A program made the position numbers and the translations under genes. The notes under the pieces were generated by a model. It was not told where the DNA came from. It saw only the letters and a list, made by a program, of their open reading frames with translations, and ran no database searches. A stretch of DNA of 63,804 bases, the filler included, from Licmophora abbreviata (Eukaryota), in the NCBI GenBank assembly GCA_900291995.1. It is 13 parts of 13 records of this genome, joined end to end, with 100 filler letters (N's around TTAATTAATTAA, not from the genome) between each part and the next. Parts side by side here need not be neighbours in the genome. Positions count along the whole stretch, not along the records: positions 10,654 to 13,225 come from OLMU01000200.1; positions 13,326 to 15,507 come from OLMU01000201.1; positions 15,608 to 21,285 come from OLMU01000202.1; positions 21,386 to 24,879 come from OLMU01000203.1; 9 more parts are not named here. One strand, given 5' to 3'. Numbering within the stretch: the stretch's first letter is position 1; each line of letters opens with the position of its first letter. Of this stretch, positions 12,465 through 22,967 are shown piece after piece.

Positions 12465-12586
12465 ATTGTTATTAGTGAAATGAGGTAGATTGTGAGTGGG
12501 ATATGCGCATTAGCTGCACTCGGCATTGCTTTAAGATGCTGACAGAGTCTATCAAAGCAGTTGTGCTCCCAGAGCACATGTTGCAT

Positions 12587-13908
12587 TTACACCGCCGTAC
12601 TGTTGGCCGACTGTACGGCAGATTCAAGGACCACCAATCCATCACCTGCTGTCGTATTCGATTGGCTGGCCTCTAAAATAATCTTGCGAAGCAGTACAGT
12701 GTTGTCGTCGACTCCAAAGACTTCGTGTGGATGAGACTTGTACTCCATCCCTTTGTACATATGGTTGGCAGGCAAGTTGTCGAGCGCGACACGAATAAAC
12801 AGATCTCCCTTGCCCATCTGTTTCGTGCGTTCTTCACAGGTTCTAACGAGCGCCCTCGCGATTCCTTGGCGTCGATAGGATGGACAAACAGCTAGGTCAG
12901 ATACGTAGGGGCGCGGCGGATCCTTCTTCCGTGTGGAGGGCCGTGCGTCGACGTCTACGAAGCCGACCACCCTCTCTTTCCTGGAGCACACGGCAACAAG
13001 CATGAAATGTAGCTCATCGTCATACGGAAAGTTTTGTTGGAGCCGATTGAGTTCTCCCAATCGGTACATTTGTCGCCATGGAGAAGTGGGATCCGTGTAG
13101 AACGACGACAGAATTATTTCCGATACAGCACCGAGGTCTGTACGTGGACGAGAGCAGAGTGAGTAAAGAACATCCAACATAGAATACTACCGGTACATTG
13201 TAGTACACTGTACAGGCCGGTACCTNNNNNNNNNNNNNNNNNNNNNNNNNNNNNNNNNNNNNNNNNNNNTTAATTAATTAANNNNNNNNNNNNNNNNNNN
13301 NNNNNNNNNNNNNNNNNNNNNNNNNGAAATTAACGTCTTCTTATGGACGTTTCTGTTTTTGACATTTTCCAACAATTCCTGGCGTCTGTATGCGCGCGCG
13401 CGCGCGACCTAGCCATTGTTCCGGACGCCCCCTGGTCTCGTACCGGGACCTTTCGCGAACAAAGAGGTACAGTAGAAGTGGCGAGCGAGTCACCAGTGAT
13501 CGTACCAGAGTATAGTGCGTCCCGAACGTGGAATGTTTGTAAATGCTCGCTCTGAGTGTGAACCTGTAGACGGGGAGGTGCAGCATACGTAGTGGAAAGA
13601 AGAGTGTGAGCGCTGACGGCTGTGTCGACCTCCTGCGTCCTGCATCAGTGAAGCAAGAGAATGTGTCGTAGAGTAACAGGTACCTCGGAGCTAGCGAAAC
13701 GCACTGTTCGTCGTATTTTCACTTGCTGACCGGACGAGGCCGTATGTGGTGCGTGGCGACCGCGAATTCTGTGCGAGCACGAGACCGAGGCCCAAGCATG
13801 TACCGACGGTATCGACGGGGATCGCAAACAGAAGTGCAAACACAAACATGCAATGAAGCAAATTGCATTTCGCACGGCATTATTCTGCGATAAATCGGTA
13901 AGCTTCAT
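12587..13908 (-). CDS. GNAT acetyltransferase, probably plastid-targeted, 3 exons spanning an assembly spacer
   Basis: Exons 13908..13684, 13563..13506 and 13137..12587 with GT-AG boundaries give ...TFHVRDALYS-DLGAVSEII. Motif A is YVSDLAVCPSYRRQGIARALV, followed by N.PA..MY. The leader ends SVHA-W. Confidence 0.85.
13392..13406. repeat. (GC)7G dinucleotide tract in GNAT intron 2
   Basis: gcgcgcgcgcgcgcg seen directly. Confidence 0.8.
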
Positions 13909-14481
13909 CGTACTAATGGTATCTAAGAGCGTAAGCTGTGGATCTCTGCTAGTTGAAGGTTTGTAATGCCGAGACCAGGGACAGTCGTATGATATGAATG
14001 GTTGATGGTCTTTCGAGCGTCGACTCGTGATGATGAAAGTTGAAAGTTGAGAGTTCCGAATTGACGAATTGACAAAGTTGTGACGAAAACAAGAAGAAAA
14101 ATGAAAAATATTCAAAATGTCATGAACAACAAGAACAAGGTGTTGGCAATAATATGATAAGTGCTCATGGCGGGATACTCGTATCGTATGTACAGAAATG
14201 ACATAGATCCTTTCGAATGCAAATATATATATACAAATAAAAGTAGTAGCGAGTCTCTGTTGAAGCAAGCCAGCCAATCCAGCGAGCGAGCTCTTCCAGC
14301 CACCGGTCGTGCAGAGCAACGCATTGCGGTCGTGAAGAGCAGACGTCGAAGGTCGCACTTTGAACATGCACAGCGTCCACGCCGACACAGCAACGTGCAC
14401 CGTGACAGTACCAGGCACAGAAGTCTGTCGCTAGCACCTGAACCTACTCCTGCATCCCAAAAGTCAAAAGTCCGCTCCAAC

Positions 14482-15180
14482 ATGGCATCTCGCGCAACAT
14501 CGGCCGGAGCCAAGCCGCCACTCTACAAGATAGTGATGCTGGGCGACAGCGGCGTCGGCAAGACCTCGCTCGTGGCGCGACTCACCAACCCAGACCGCCC
14601 CATGAACCACGACATTTCCGCCACTATGGGCATTGAGTTCGACACGCAGATGCTCGACACGGAACACGGAAAGGTCAAAGCTCAGATCTGGGATACTGCC
14701 GGCCAGGAACGCTTCGCTCGAGTCCTCCTGCCGACCTACTTCCGAAAGGCCAAGGGCGTCATTCTCGTCTACGATATCACCAACGCCAAGAGCTTCGAGT
14801 CCCTTTCCGAACGCTGGATGGCCCAACTCAACGACCATGCGTCTGCGGATGATCTCGCCAAGCTTCTTGTAGGCAATAAGAGTGATCTCGAGGCCAGTCG
14901 AGAAGTCAGCGCAGAGAAAGCACAGAGCTTCTGCGATGAGTACGGGATGGAGATGCTCGAAACCAGCGCCAAGAGCGGGGACAATGTGCTCAAATCATTC
15001 GAAAAACTCATCGGTATAGTCCACGATCGAGCGCTTGCCGCATCCAAGACAAAGGGAGGCATTAAAGGAATCGGAGCTGCTGGGCCAGGACAAGCAAGCG
15101 CTGGAAACACCATTAAACTTGACGCCCAGTCGCAAGACAAGGCATCCAACGATGCAGCCGCCAACGCTTGTGGATGTTAG
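14482..15180 (+). CDS. Rab family small GTPase (divergent)
   Basis: G-box motifs GDSGVGKT, WDTAGQERF, GNKSD and ETSAK, with a C-terminal CGC (CXC geranylgeranylation) motif. ATG at 14482. Confidence 0.93.
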   Translation: MASRATSAGAKPPLYKIVMLGDSGVGKTSLVARLTNPDRPMNHDISATMGIEFDTQMLDTEHGKVKAQIWDTAGQERFARVLLPTYFRKAKGVILVYDITNAKSFESLSERWMAQLNDHASADDLAKLLVGNKSDLEASREVSAEKAQSFCDEYGMEMLETSAKSGDNVLKSFEKLIGIVHDRALAASKTKGGIKGIGAAGPGQASAGNTIKLDAQSQDKASNDAAANACGC

Positions 15181-15405
15181 ATTGTCTACCAGGCACCACA
15201 AGTACTCTAGGTTCATGTTTTCTCAGGGGTCTCTCGTTAACATTACGACGCTCGACGGGCTCGTCGGAGCTTTTGCTAGAGCGGAAGACGACATGTATGG
15301 TCGAGACGATCGTAAAACTTTATTCTTTACGTCCTTCGTCACCATGACTCCATCGTGCCCTATCATAGCATATCCACGTCGCGTAGAGTGTCAATAAACT
15401 TCCAA

Positions 15406-16469
15406 TTATACACGGTTTACATTGCGGAACTGAACTCGATTCACCCTCCATGAATATGCGCTGCTCCTGGGAGTCTGAGGCGATGACAGATGATAGCCAC
15501 CCACAGANNNNNNNNNNNNNNNNNNNNNNNNNNNNNNNNNNNNNNNNNNNNTTAATTAATTAANNNNNNNNNNNNNNNNNNNNNNNNNNNNNNNNNNNNN
15601 NNNNNNNACCGCTGATTGTGTGGCCAGAATTGTTTGCGTCGCATTGGTTGCGAAAGCATCATGAGGCGGACGACTCGCTGTCGGCGCCAGCCCTGTAAGT
15701 TTCGTCAACTCGTCGGCATGGTCGTGCCTTATGATCATAAAATAATAAAGAGCACAATGAGAGCATGTACCGGTTAGAAATTGTTGTTGTGGGAAAGGGC
15801 ATTCGGGTCGAATCAAACACCGTGCGAGTGACCTCACCGTTCGTTGCGCTGAGATCCTGGAGAAGTTGCAGTCAGGCCTGAGCAGCCGAGCCCAGGCGCT
15901 AGCTGTAACCATTGTCCATGAATGTTCCGGGAGTTGGAGGTAAGCCGCAAATGATCAGAGCACACCGAATGTGTAGTGCTTGGGTCCGTTACATGAGGAC
16001 AGAAGACGACGCGGCAGACAATGCTTTCCAGCTGCGACAAGGCTCCAGTCATTAGTCCCTCCAGTGCGGCCGTCTCCTCACGCGTTCGCGTCTGCCTTGA
16101 ATGCGACCGACGTCTGTTCCGGCCCTGAAGATACTGGTTTCGGATATCCTCATCGCGGACAAAGGGACCGCAGGCAATGCACAGATCGACATTCCCCCCA
16201 CCCAAGCTGACTTCGCGGAAGGCGAACTCGGCAAGAGACGCAGCGGAAGACAGGTCGACGTCGGCGACGGCCAGAATTCTTATTGTGGGCGGACCACCCG
16301 CGTTAAATCGTGGTAAACGAAGATCCGACACGAAACCAATTGCTGAACTGTCTTGGAATTCAGATGATTGATCTGCGTCGGTGGGGGCGTCTCTGTCCAG
16401 CTTCAGTTTCGTACCCGGTAGACCTACGGGCGCCGAAGGATCTCGATCTGAGGACAGCGTTGGAAGCAT
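15406..16469 (-). CDS. Metallophosphoesterase-fold protein with degenerate metal motifs, interrupted by a gap
   Basis: Motifs IRILAVADVD, DLCIACGPF and VVFCPHVTDP, then NIHG..LAPGL. An intron starts about 15837 (GTGAG) and the next exon runs into the spacer. A likely C-terminus beyond the gap ends WRVNRVQFRNVNRV* at 15406. Confidence 0.55.
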
Positions 16470-16940
16470 TGTTCGTTTCCTTTTACTCTGGATGGCACAG
16501 GATCGCGAGGGACAACACGAATGCTGGAAAGGCGCTCGAGAACGTTCTAGTCTACAGCGAGGAGCGAGGAGTCAAGCGACGACTGATGACGACGCCAGCC
16601 TTCGCCGACTTCAGATGATGAGAAGAGAGAAAAGTCTTGCGTTGATCTCAATTTTCAATTTTGCAAATTGCTACCAGTTACTGGTGACGGACGGACGCAC
16701 TTTGCTTTTCCAGCACATAACCTATTTCTCCGCCATCCAAAAATTCTCAACTTTCAAGTTTTTAGAATGAAATCAAGCACCGCACATCACACACGACGTC
16801 ACCTTGAGTGTCCATTGTCGGCAGCTTGTGGTCTGCGACCACCAAACGCCCCATTGCCCTTGCCCTTGCGTGTTTTCCCAGAAATTAGAACTTGGAGTGG
16901 ACTGAAAGAATCTTAGCAAGATTCAAGGTTCAACGCTACC

Positions 16941-17294
16941 ATGACGTGGCCCTTCTGTCCGTCTTGTCGGGCAGTGCTCAGAGTCGACGCATCTGGCGGA
17001 ATTGATTGCAATGTTTGCTCGTATAGCTCCAATCTGGCCCGTATGCCGCATCTTCCATCTACCACAACTTACTCTTCCGACAGGCCCGTGCCGTTGTGGG
17101 CCAAGAGCGACGAAGAACAAGCATCGCTCTCTAGGTCTCAGGAACCGACACGTACGACAGTAGAGGAGCCTTGCGTCAAGTGCGGCCATCCAGAAGTGGG
17201 ATTCTACACTGTTCAGCTGAGATCTGTTGATGAGGGGCAAACTGTATTCTACGAATGCCCTCAATGCAAGCACACCTGGTCTATCAACAATTAG
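16941..17294 (+). CDS. RPA12: RNA polymerase I subunit A12
   Basis: Two Zn ribbons: FCPSC..CNVC, and CVKC..QLRSVDEGQTVFYECPQC with the TFIIS-like acidic hairpin. Confidence 0.93.
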   Translation: MTWPFCPSCRAVLRVDASGGIDCNVCSYSSNLARMPHLPSTTTYSSDRPVPLWAKSDEEQASLSRSQEPTRTTVEEPCVKCGHPEVGFYTVQLRSVDEGQTVFYECPQCKHTWSINN

Positions 17295-17429
17295 CTATCG
17301 ATGCGAAGAGATACCCCGAACACATTGGACGCCCGAATGAGCTTTGGCGCAACCCATCTGCTGCCTTGTGGCCAACGGTACTGTAAGTTGTCTACATGAC
17401 ACTGGACATTGAGAGTTATTGTTCTTAGT

Positions 17430-19149
17430 CTAAGATTCGGACTCCATTTCTGATGGGCTTCCTGTTTGCTCGTCGGACCCCTTTCGATGGCTAGTGATCC
17501 CTCCGTGTTCCGAAATCGAGATCGACTGCCGCCTCGCCCCTCGGTGATGCATGCTGCGTATAGATCGCTGCTTCATATGCCTCGTTCGGTCCTTTACTTC
17601 GGGATCAGATGAAATGCTGTTGAGATCAGCTCGGATGAGAGCAGCCATGCGTCGCATATCCGGTCGCTCTTTCGGTTTGGGGTTCCATGCTTCTTTCATT
17701 ATCGCTCTCGTGATGGCAGGCCAGGAACTGTGAACTGGTGGACGCAGACCCTGGAGCGAAATCCTTTCGAAATATTCACGTCGTGAGAATCCCTTGAAAG
17801 GCATCTTGAGCGCAAGTATTTCCCATAAAAGTATAGCAAAGCTGAAAACATCAGCGGACGTCCCATAGGGCTAGGCGGGTCGGAGGACATAAGAAGGGAG
17901 TGAGGGTCTTGGTCGCAGGAAGTCTGACAATGCAGTGGCAGTTTGATAGACACATCTTGGCCTACCTTCCCTTCCGCCACTTCCGGTGCCATGTAGGGAA
18001 ACGATCCTGTTCGAGGCGTCAACAGGTACATGCCGTCAGTGCCTATCTTTACTTTCGGGCTCAAGGACTTGCACAATCCAAAGTCGAAGATCTTGACATC
18101 GCCTCGAATATCAAATCCAATATTCTCACTTTTTAGATCCCGATAGACAAGCCTTGAGGTTTAATGAAGGAGGATAAGTAGTGTACTGTGAGCCGGACAA
18201 TGCAATTACGGAATGACGACAAGCACCTCTTGCAAGTACTCACTTTTCATCGTGTAGGTATCTAACGGCATCAGCGAGGTCATACGCTACGAGCAGCCGT
18301 TCGATGCGCAGCTTCTTTAGCGTTTCCTTGCTCGACCCGAATCTCCCCCGAAACCCGCTATGATCGCTCTTTTCTGTCTGCCATGAGTCACGCTTCTCTT
18401 CTAATGTACAGTAGAGCGGTCGAGGACAAGAAAAAACTCCTTATGCATTGGCCCACACGCAGCCAAAGCTCTCATTTTGATAATGTTGGGGTGCGAAACG
18501 GCGCCGAGATACCGAGCTTCGATGGCCAAGTCGATCATGCCGCGGGTGTGTTCCAGCGGCGCCAGGTCTACGTGCAATTTCTTCACCGCATAGCGTGCAT
18601 CACCGTCTCGCAAGAAGTATCTTGCCATGCGATTCTTCGCAGTGTCCACGTCGTAATGATCCTCGCCGGGGGCATCCGCCGGAGATGGCTCTGCAACGAG
18701 TTCAACGGCCTGATCAGGCGAACCTGCCAGAACTATCTTTTGGACCTCTCGAACCAAACAAAACCCTCCTACGCCCAGCACAGGCCCAAACTGGAGTTCT
18801 AACAGAATCAAACAGGTACCAGTCAGTCACCTTTGGTGTGAGCAAATACTCGATGTGAGGCTGCGGTATGAATCAAGCACACAATTGTTTTACATTACCT
18901 TGTCTGTCGAAACTTGGGAACTGGCGTGGCCTATTGGTACGAAATATCGGCGCTTCATCGACCTCACGTAGAATGACATCCGCTTTACCTGAAAAATTGA
19001 CGTATAGTTACGATACCAATGAGTTCCGTGCTTGAACGGCATGGACTCGAACAACAAGCGTCGAATGACTCAAACTCACTCAAAAGCTTCACCGCTGCCT
19101 TCCTATCCTTTTTCGCCCTCGCCTTGGCCTCGAACGCTGCCTTTATCAT
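17430..19149 (-). CDS. Multi-exon TKL-like Ser/Thr protein kinase (diatom-expanded family)
   Basis: Motifs LGVGGFCLV, YAVK, DLAIEARYL, VYRDLKSENIG, DFG, GSFPYMAPE and DVFSF. Putative ATG 19149. First intron 19079..18989 checked; further introns near 18900-18800, 18240-18150 and 17965-17875. Confidence 0.88.
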
Positions 19150-19358
19150 AATTCAAGCAGAATGGGCTCCATGCGATTCCACAGAGTTGCAGCTGTTGCT
19201 AGTATGATAGACAGCATAGTCGTAACGTCTGGAAAGTAACCAAGGCATATCTGTACAAGTACCGGTATGTCGGCGTCCGCGCGGTGTTTCATTTTCGTCG
19301 GCGCTTCGCTCCCATCAGGCCAGACATCACAGGCCGACAGCATCGCGCGCCGCGCAGC

Positions 19359-19382
19359 CACAAGCACAAGCACAAGCACAAG
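19359..19382 (+). repeat. (CACAAG)4 microsatellite upstream of the kinase
   Basis: cacaagcacaagcacaagcacaag. Confidence 0.85.
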
Positions 19383-19761
19383 GGATTGATTTTCACTCGA
19401 TGGTACCCGGTAGACTAACTGGTACGTACTTGAGATGCGAACGCAACCGTACCCGTCGGTACACGGTCGTAGTTAGGCACCTTTTCTGATGCCGGTTCGC
19501 CTGTGCGGTAGTTATACTCTTGACTTCCCAGGTCTCGCCGTCCCGCGGCCACGAATGGTTGGTATTTCCTTATGATACGGAGGAAGCTTTAACTAAAGAG
19601 GTTCCAATCACCAACGGTGCAGCTATGATATACTGCTGCGCGATGTTATAGTACACTTAGCGAGTGTCGCTTCATTTCTAGTTGAGATCCCAAACAAACC
19701 AACGAGTGTCCGCCCCTCTCAGGAAGCCACAGGCCTAGGATTCTTGCTCCTCTTCATCGAC

Positions 19762-21259
19762 TTAATCTTCCGTAAGCTTCTCCATGCCATTCATTTCGGT
19801 GGTACTTTTGGGTCTCTTCCATGAAGCACGACGTATCGCTGAGCCCAGGGACTTCTGTCCAGACGTCATTGTTTCCACAGAACCATGGTTGTAGAAAATC
19901 CTTGTAAACTTGCGCGCCATGTACTGGTCTCGATTTACAATCTCATCGTTGCTGCTCATGAGTACCTGGTACGAGATTGGCCTTGATCAGGTCTGCAACA
20001 TACTTGATATCGAGTCGCTTCTTTTAGGATCAGTCTTCCAGGAACCTTTCGTCGACGTTGGTCACGACTTTTTTAACGGGTGGACGGTGATCCTTGACAG
20101 AGAATTTGTCATAGTCTTTCTTGGTGGCCCCCTTGAATGGAAGCTCCAGAGCTAGCATTTCCCAAACGAGTTTCGCGAACGAGAAAACATCGGCAGGCGT
20201 TCCATGCGGCTCATACATTGCAACCTCCGGTGCCATATAAGGCAAACTTCTGGTCGCAAAGTGAGTTTGAAACGGTCACCGGAAACGCTCAATGCTGGTC
20301 GCAGGATCTTGCGAAGACCGAAATCAGAAACTTTCGCGTCCCTCGGATATCAACACCAATATGCTCAGCTTTGATATCGTGGTACACCAGTACTGGATGC
20401 AAAACAAGCAGAAAACAAGAGGAGCGTTCAGCTGTCAAACCAACCAATTTTTGAGAGAGTGTTCATGTTTACGACCAGCAAGCCAGACACGTACTTGTGT
20501 TGATGTAGGTTTCGAAAAGGCCGACGAAATATCGTATGCTTCGAGCAAGCGAACAACCATCATTTTGTTCCAGTCGTTTTGGTGCCAGTCTGTCGTAACA
20601 GGCCACTCTTGGATCATTTCGTGTCATTCTACCCTTCCATTTTCTGTTCGAGTGTGTCATAGAGACCATCAAGCGCGAGAAAGTATCTCCCTTTTCTTGG
20701 GGCTACACACAGCAGCGTCCCTCATTCTTGTAAAGTCAGAATGCGAAACGAAACTCAAGTACTTCATGTCAATCACTGAGATCGACCATGCCACGTCTTG
20801 TCTCGACTTCCGGCATTTTGCTATGCATCTGCTTCAGAGCATAGCATGCATCGCCGCCACGAAAGTTGTACTTAGACCTTAGACATACCTGGTAAGGTAC
20901 CTGGCAGTAGCAACGTCGCAATTCTCGTCCTCGGGAGCATCTGACCAGTTTCCTTGCGCCCGCAGAGTCTAGACAATCTACACTGATTCTTGACTTTTCG
21001 GGCCAAACAGAACCCCCCGACGCCAAGCACAGGTCTAAATTCGTCCTCTGCCGTTAACGCGCATATTCTGCACCCTGCTCTATTTAGAGAAGTGGCCACC
21101 GATTTCTTTGGTACGCTTTCGCAAGTGAGAACATCTGGAGTTGGCTATCGACTCTGAGGGGCGACAGTTGCGAAGGAAGCAAGGGTGAGCTGATATGGGG
21201 AGAGCCGAGCGCGGTGCATAAGACGATCGCGAGGTGTGTGTTCAATGTTGCGATGCCAT
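19762..21259 (-). pseudogene. Disrupted tandem paralog of the adjacent kinase
   Basis: Collinear fragments FRPVLGVGGFCL, GDACYALK, RGMVDL, VYHDIKAEHIG, DFG, PYMAPEVA and ADVFSF lie in different frames. There is a frameshift after MVDL and in-frame stops after ERFLED. Confidence 0.8.
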
Positions 21260-21606
21260 GTCAGCTGGAAGAGAAAAGCGAGCGCNNNNNNNNNNNNNNN
21301 NNNNNNNNNNNNNNNNNNNNNNNNNNNNNTTAATTAATTAANNNNNNNNNNNNNNNNNNNNNNNNNNNNNNNNNNNNNNNNNNNNTATCTTTTCCTACGA
21401 CGGATTGACTTCGCATACGTGGAGCAAAGATCCGCGCGGCGCGGCCGCGTGCTTTGACACCTCGATTTCGAAACTCGAGACCAAACAGAGACCACCCTCA
21501 CCATCCATCACCTATTACAAATTCAACATCGGCGGGGCGACTCTGCGTGCTAGATCTAGCCTGCTTCCCTCAGCTCGAAGTGTCCAGAGACAAGTTTGAT
21601 TGTAAA

Positions 21607-22661
21607 ATGAAGTTTGCCTCACTGATAGCTTCGTTTGCGTTGCTGGTGCCCCTTTTCTGCAGGACCGTAGAGGCCGGAGCCGCGGCAGCGGCGGCCAACG
21701 CCATCAAGGACATGGACTATCGTTTCTTCCTTGCGGGGGGAGTCTGTGCAGCGACTAGCCACGGCATTACTACTCCACGTAAGTCAGAATGATAATGCCC
21801 GGTCATGATGTGGGTCACTAGTTAGTTGTCCTCACTCTCACTTCTCCCCGTACTTCTACGAAAGTCGACGTGATCAAGACGAGAATGCAAGCAAACCCCG
21901 ATGTCTACGACAAGGGAGTACGTCATGCCGCTGTCAATATTCTCAAAACGGATGGGTCTCAGGTACTTCTAGCTGGATTGGGCCCCACAGTTGTGGGTTA
22001 CGGAGTAGAGGGGGCAATGAAATTTGGAGTCTATGAAGTCTTGAAGCCTGTCTTCGCTTCGATGTCCAAAGACAACACGGCCCTTGGGTACATAGCTGCA
22101 AGTGTGATCGCCGGTGCTGTCGCGTCGCTCCTTCTCTGTCCCATGGAGTCGACGAGAATCAGAATCGTCACTGATCCGGAATATGCCGATCGAGGATTGC
22201 TCACCGGCTTGCCAAAGTTGATTGCCGATGAAGGCCTATGGTCGACGTTTGGTGGCATGAGCGCGATGCTTGCCAAACAGGTTCCATACACTATGGCAAA
22301 GCAAGTCTCCTTTGATATATTTGCTGGTTTGATATACACGCTTCTTCAACATCGTGAGAGCAGCTTCACAGCCAATGATATCAAGTGGCTTGTGTCAGTG
22401 ACAAGCGCCTTTATTGCCTCACTCTTTGCCTGTATCTTCAGTCAGCCCGGAGACATGATCCTTACTGAAACGTACAAGGGAAGTTCTGGTCAAGGATTTC
22501 TTGATGTCATCAAATCCATTTACGTGAAGGGAGGCCTACCGGCATTCTTCACTGGAACTGGTGCTCGCATTCTGCATGTTAGCTCCATCATTACAAGCCA
22601 GCTCGTTATATATGATATAGTCAAGCAGCTGCTAGGTTTGCCCGCGACGGGGTCGCATTGA
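21607..22661 (+). CDS. Mitochondrial carrier family phosphate carrier (SLC25A3/MIR1-like) with an N-terminal signal-peptide-like leader
   Basis: Intron 21779..21864 gives HGITTP-LDVIKTRMQ. Motifs GLGPTVVGYGVEGAMKFGVYE, CPMESTRIR and KQVPYTMAK. Confidence 0.9.
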
Positions 22662-22967
22662 TCGATCTTGATATATGTCTGTGCGAAGTCAAGTCTTGTT
22701 TCACAGAACTTAGTCTTGTTCCGAAGAGCGAGATATTTGATAGACGGGCAGGAGCCGCAAGAGATTGCGACGTGGGACACGGCTAGTCGCTATAATCTAG
22801 GATCTAAAGAGGATCCGCGGAACTATCCAGCGTAGCCGCAGCTCCCCTATTATCGGTTCGCACTAGCTCGCAATTGTACACCAGAGGAAGTAGCAGCCGA
22901 ATCTGGTTCTCTTCTATGGCTACCAGTTGAACGCATGGGTTCAGCACCGAGTAGCTAGACTTGATTT

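Noticed and set aside
13909..14481. Long N-terminal extensions of ORFs 13645..14418 and 14161..15180
   Set aside because: They are read-through of an AT-rich divergent promoter; conserved or targeting sequence starts at 13908 (-) and 14482 (+).
19400..19760. Possible structured ncRNA or tRNA between the kinase and its pseudogene
   Set aside because: No cloverleaf, A/B boxes or convincing C/D box pair seen by eye; a cmscan run would be decisive.
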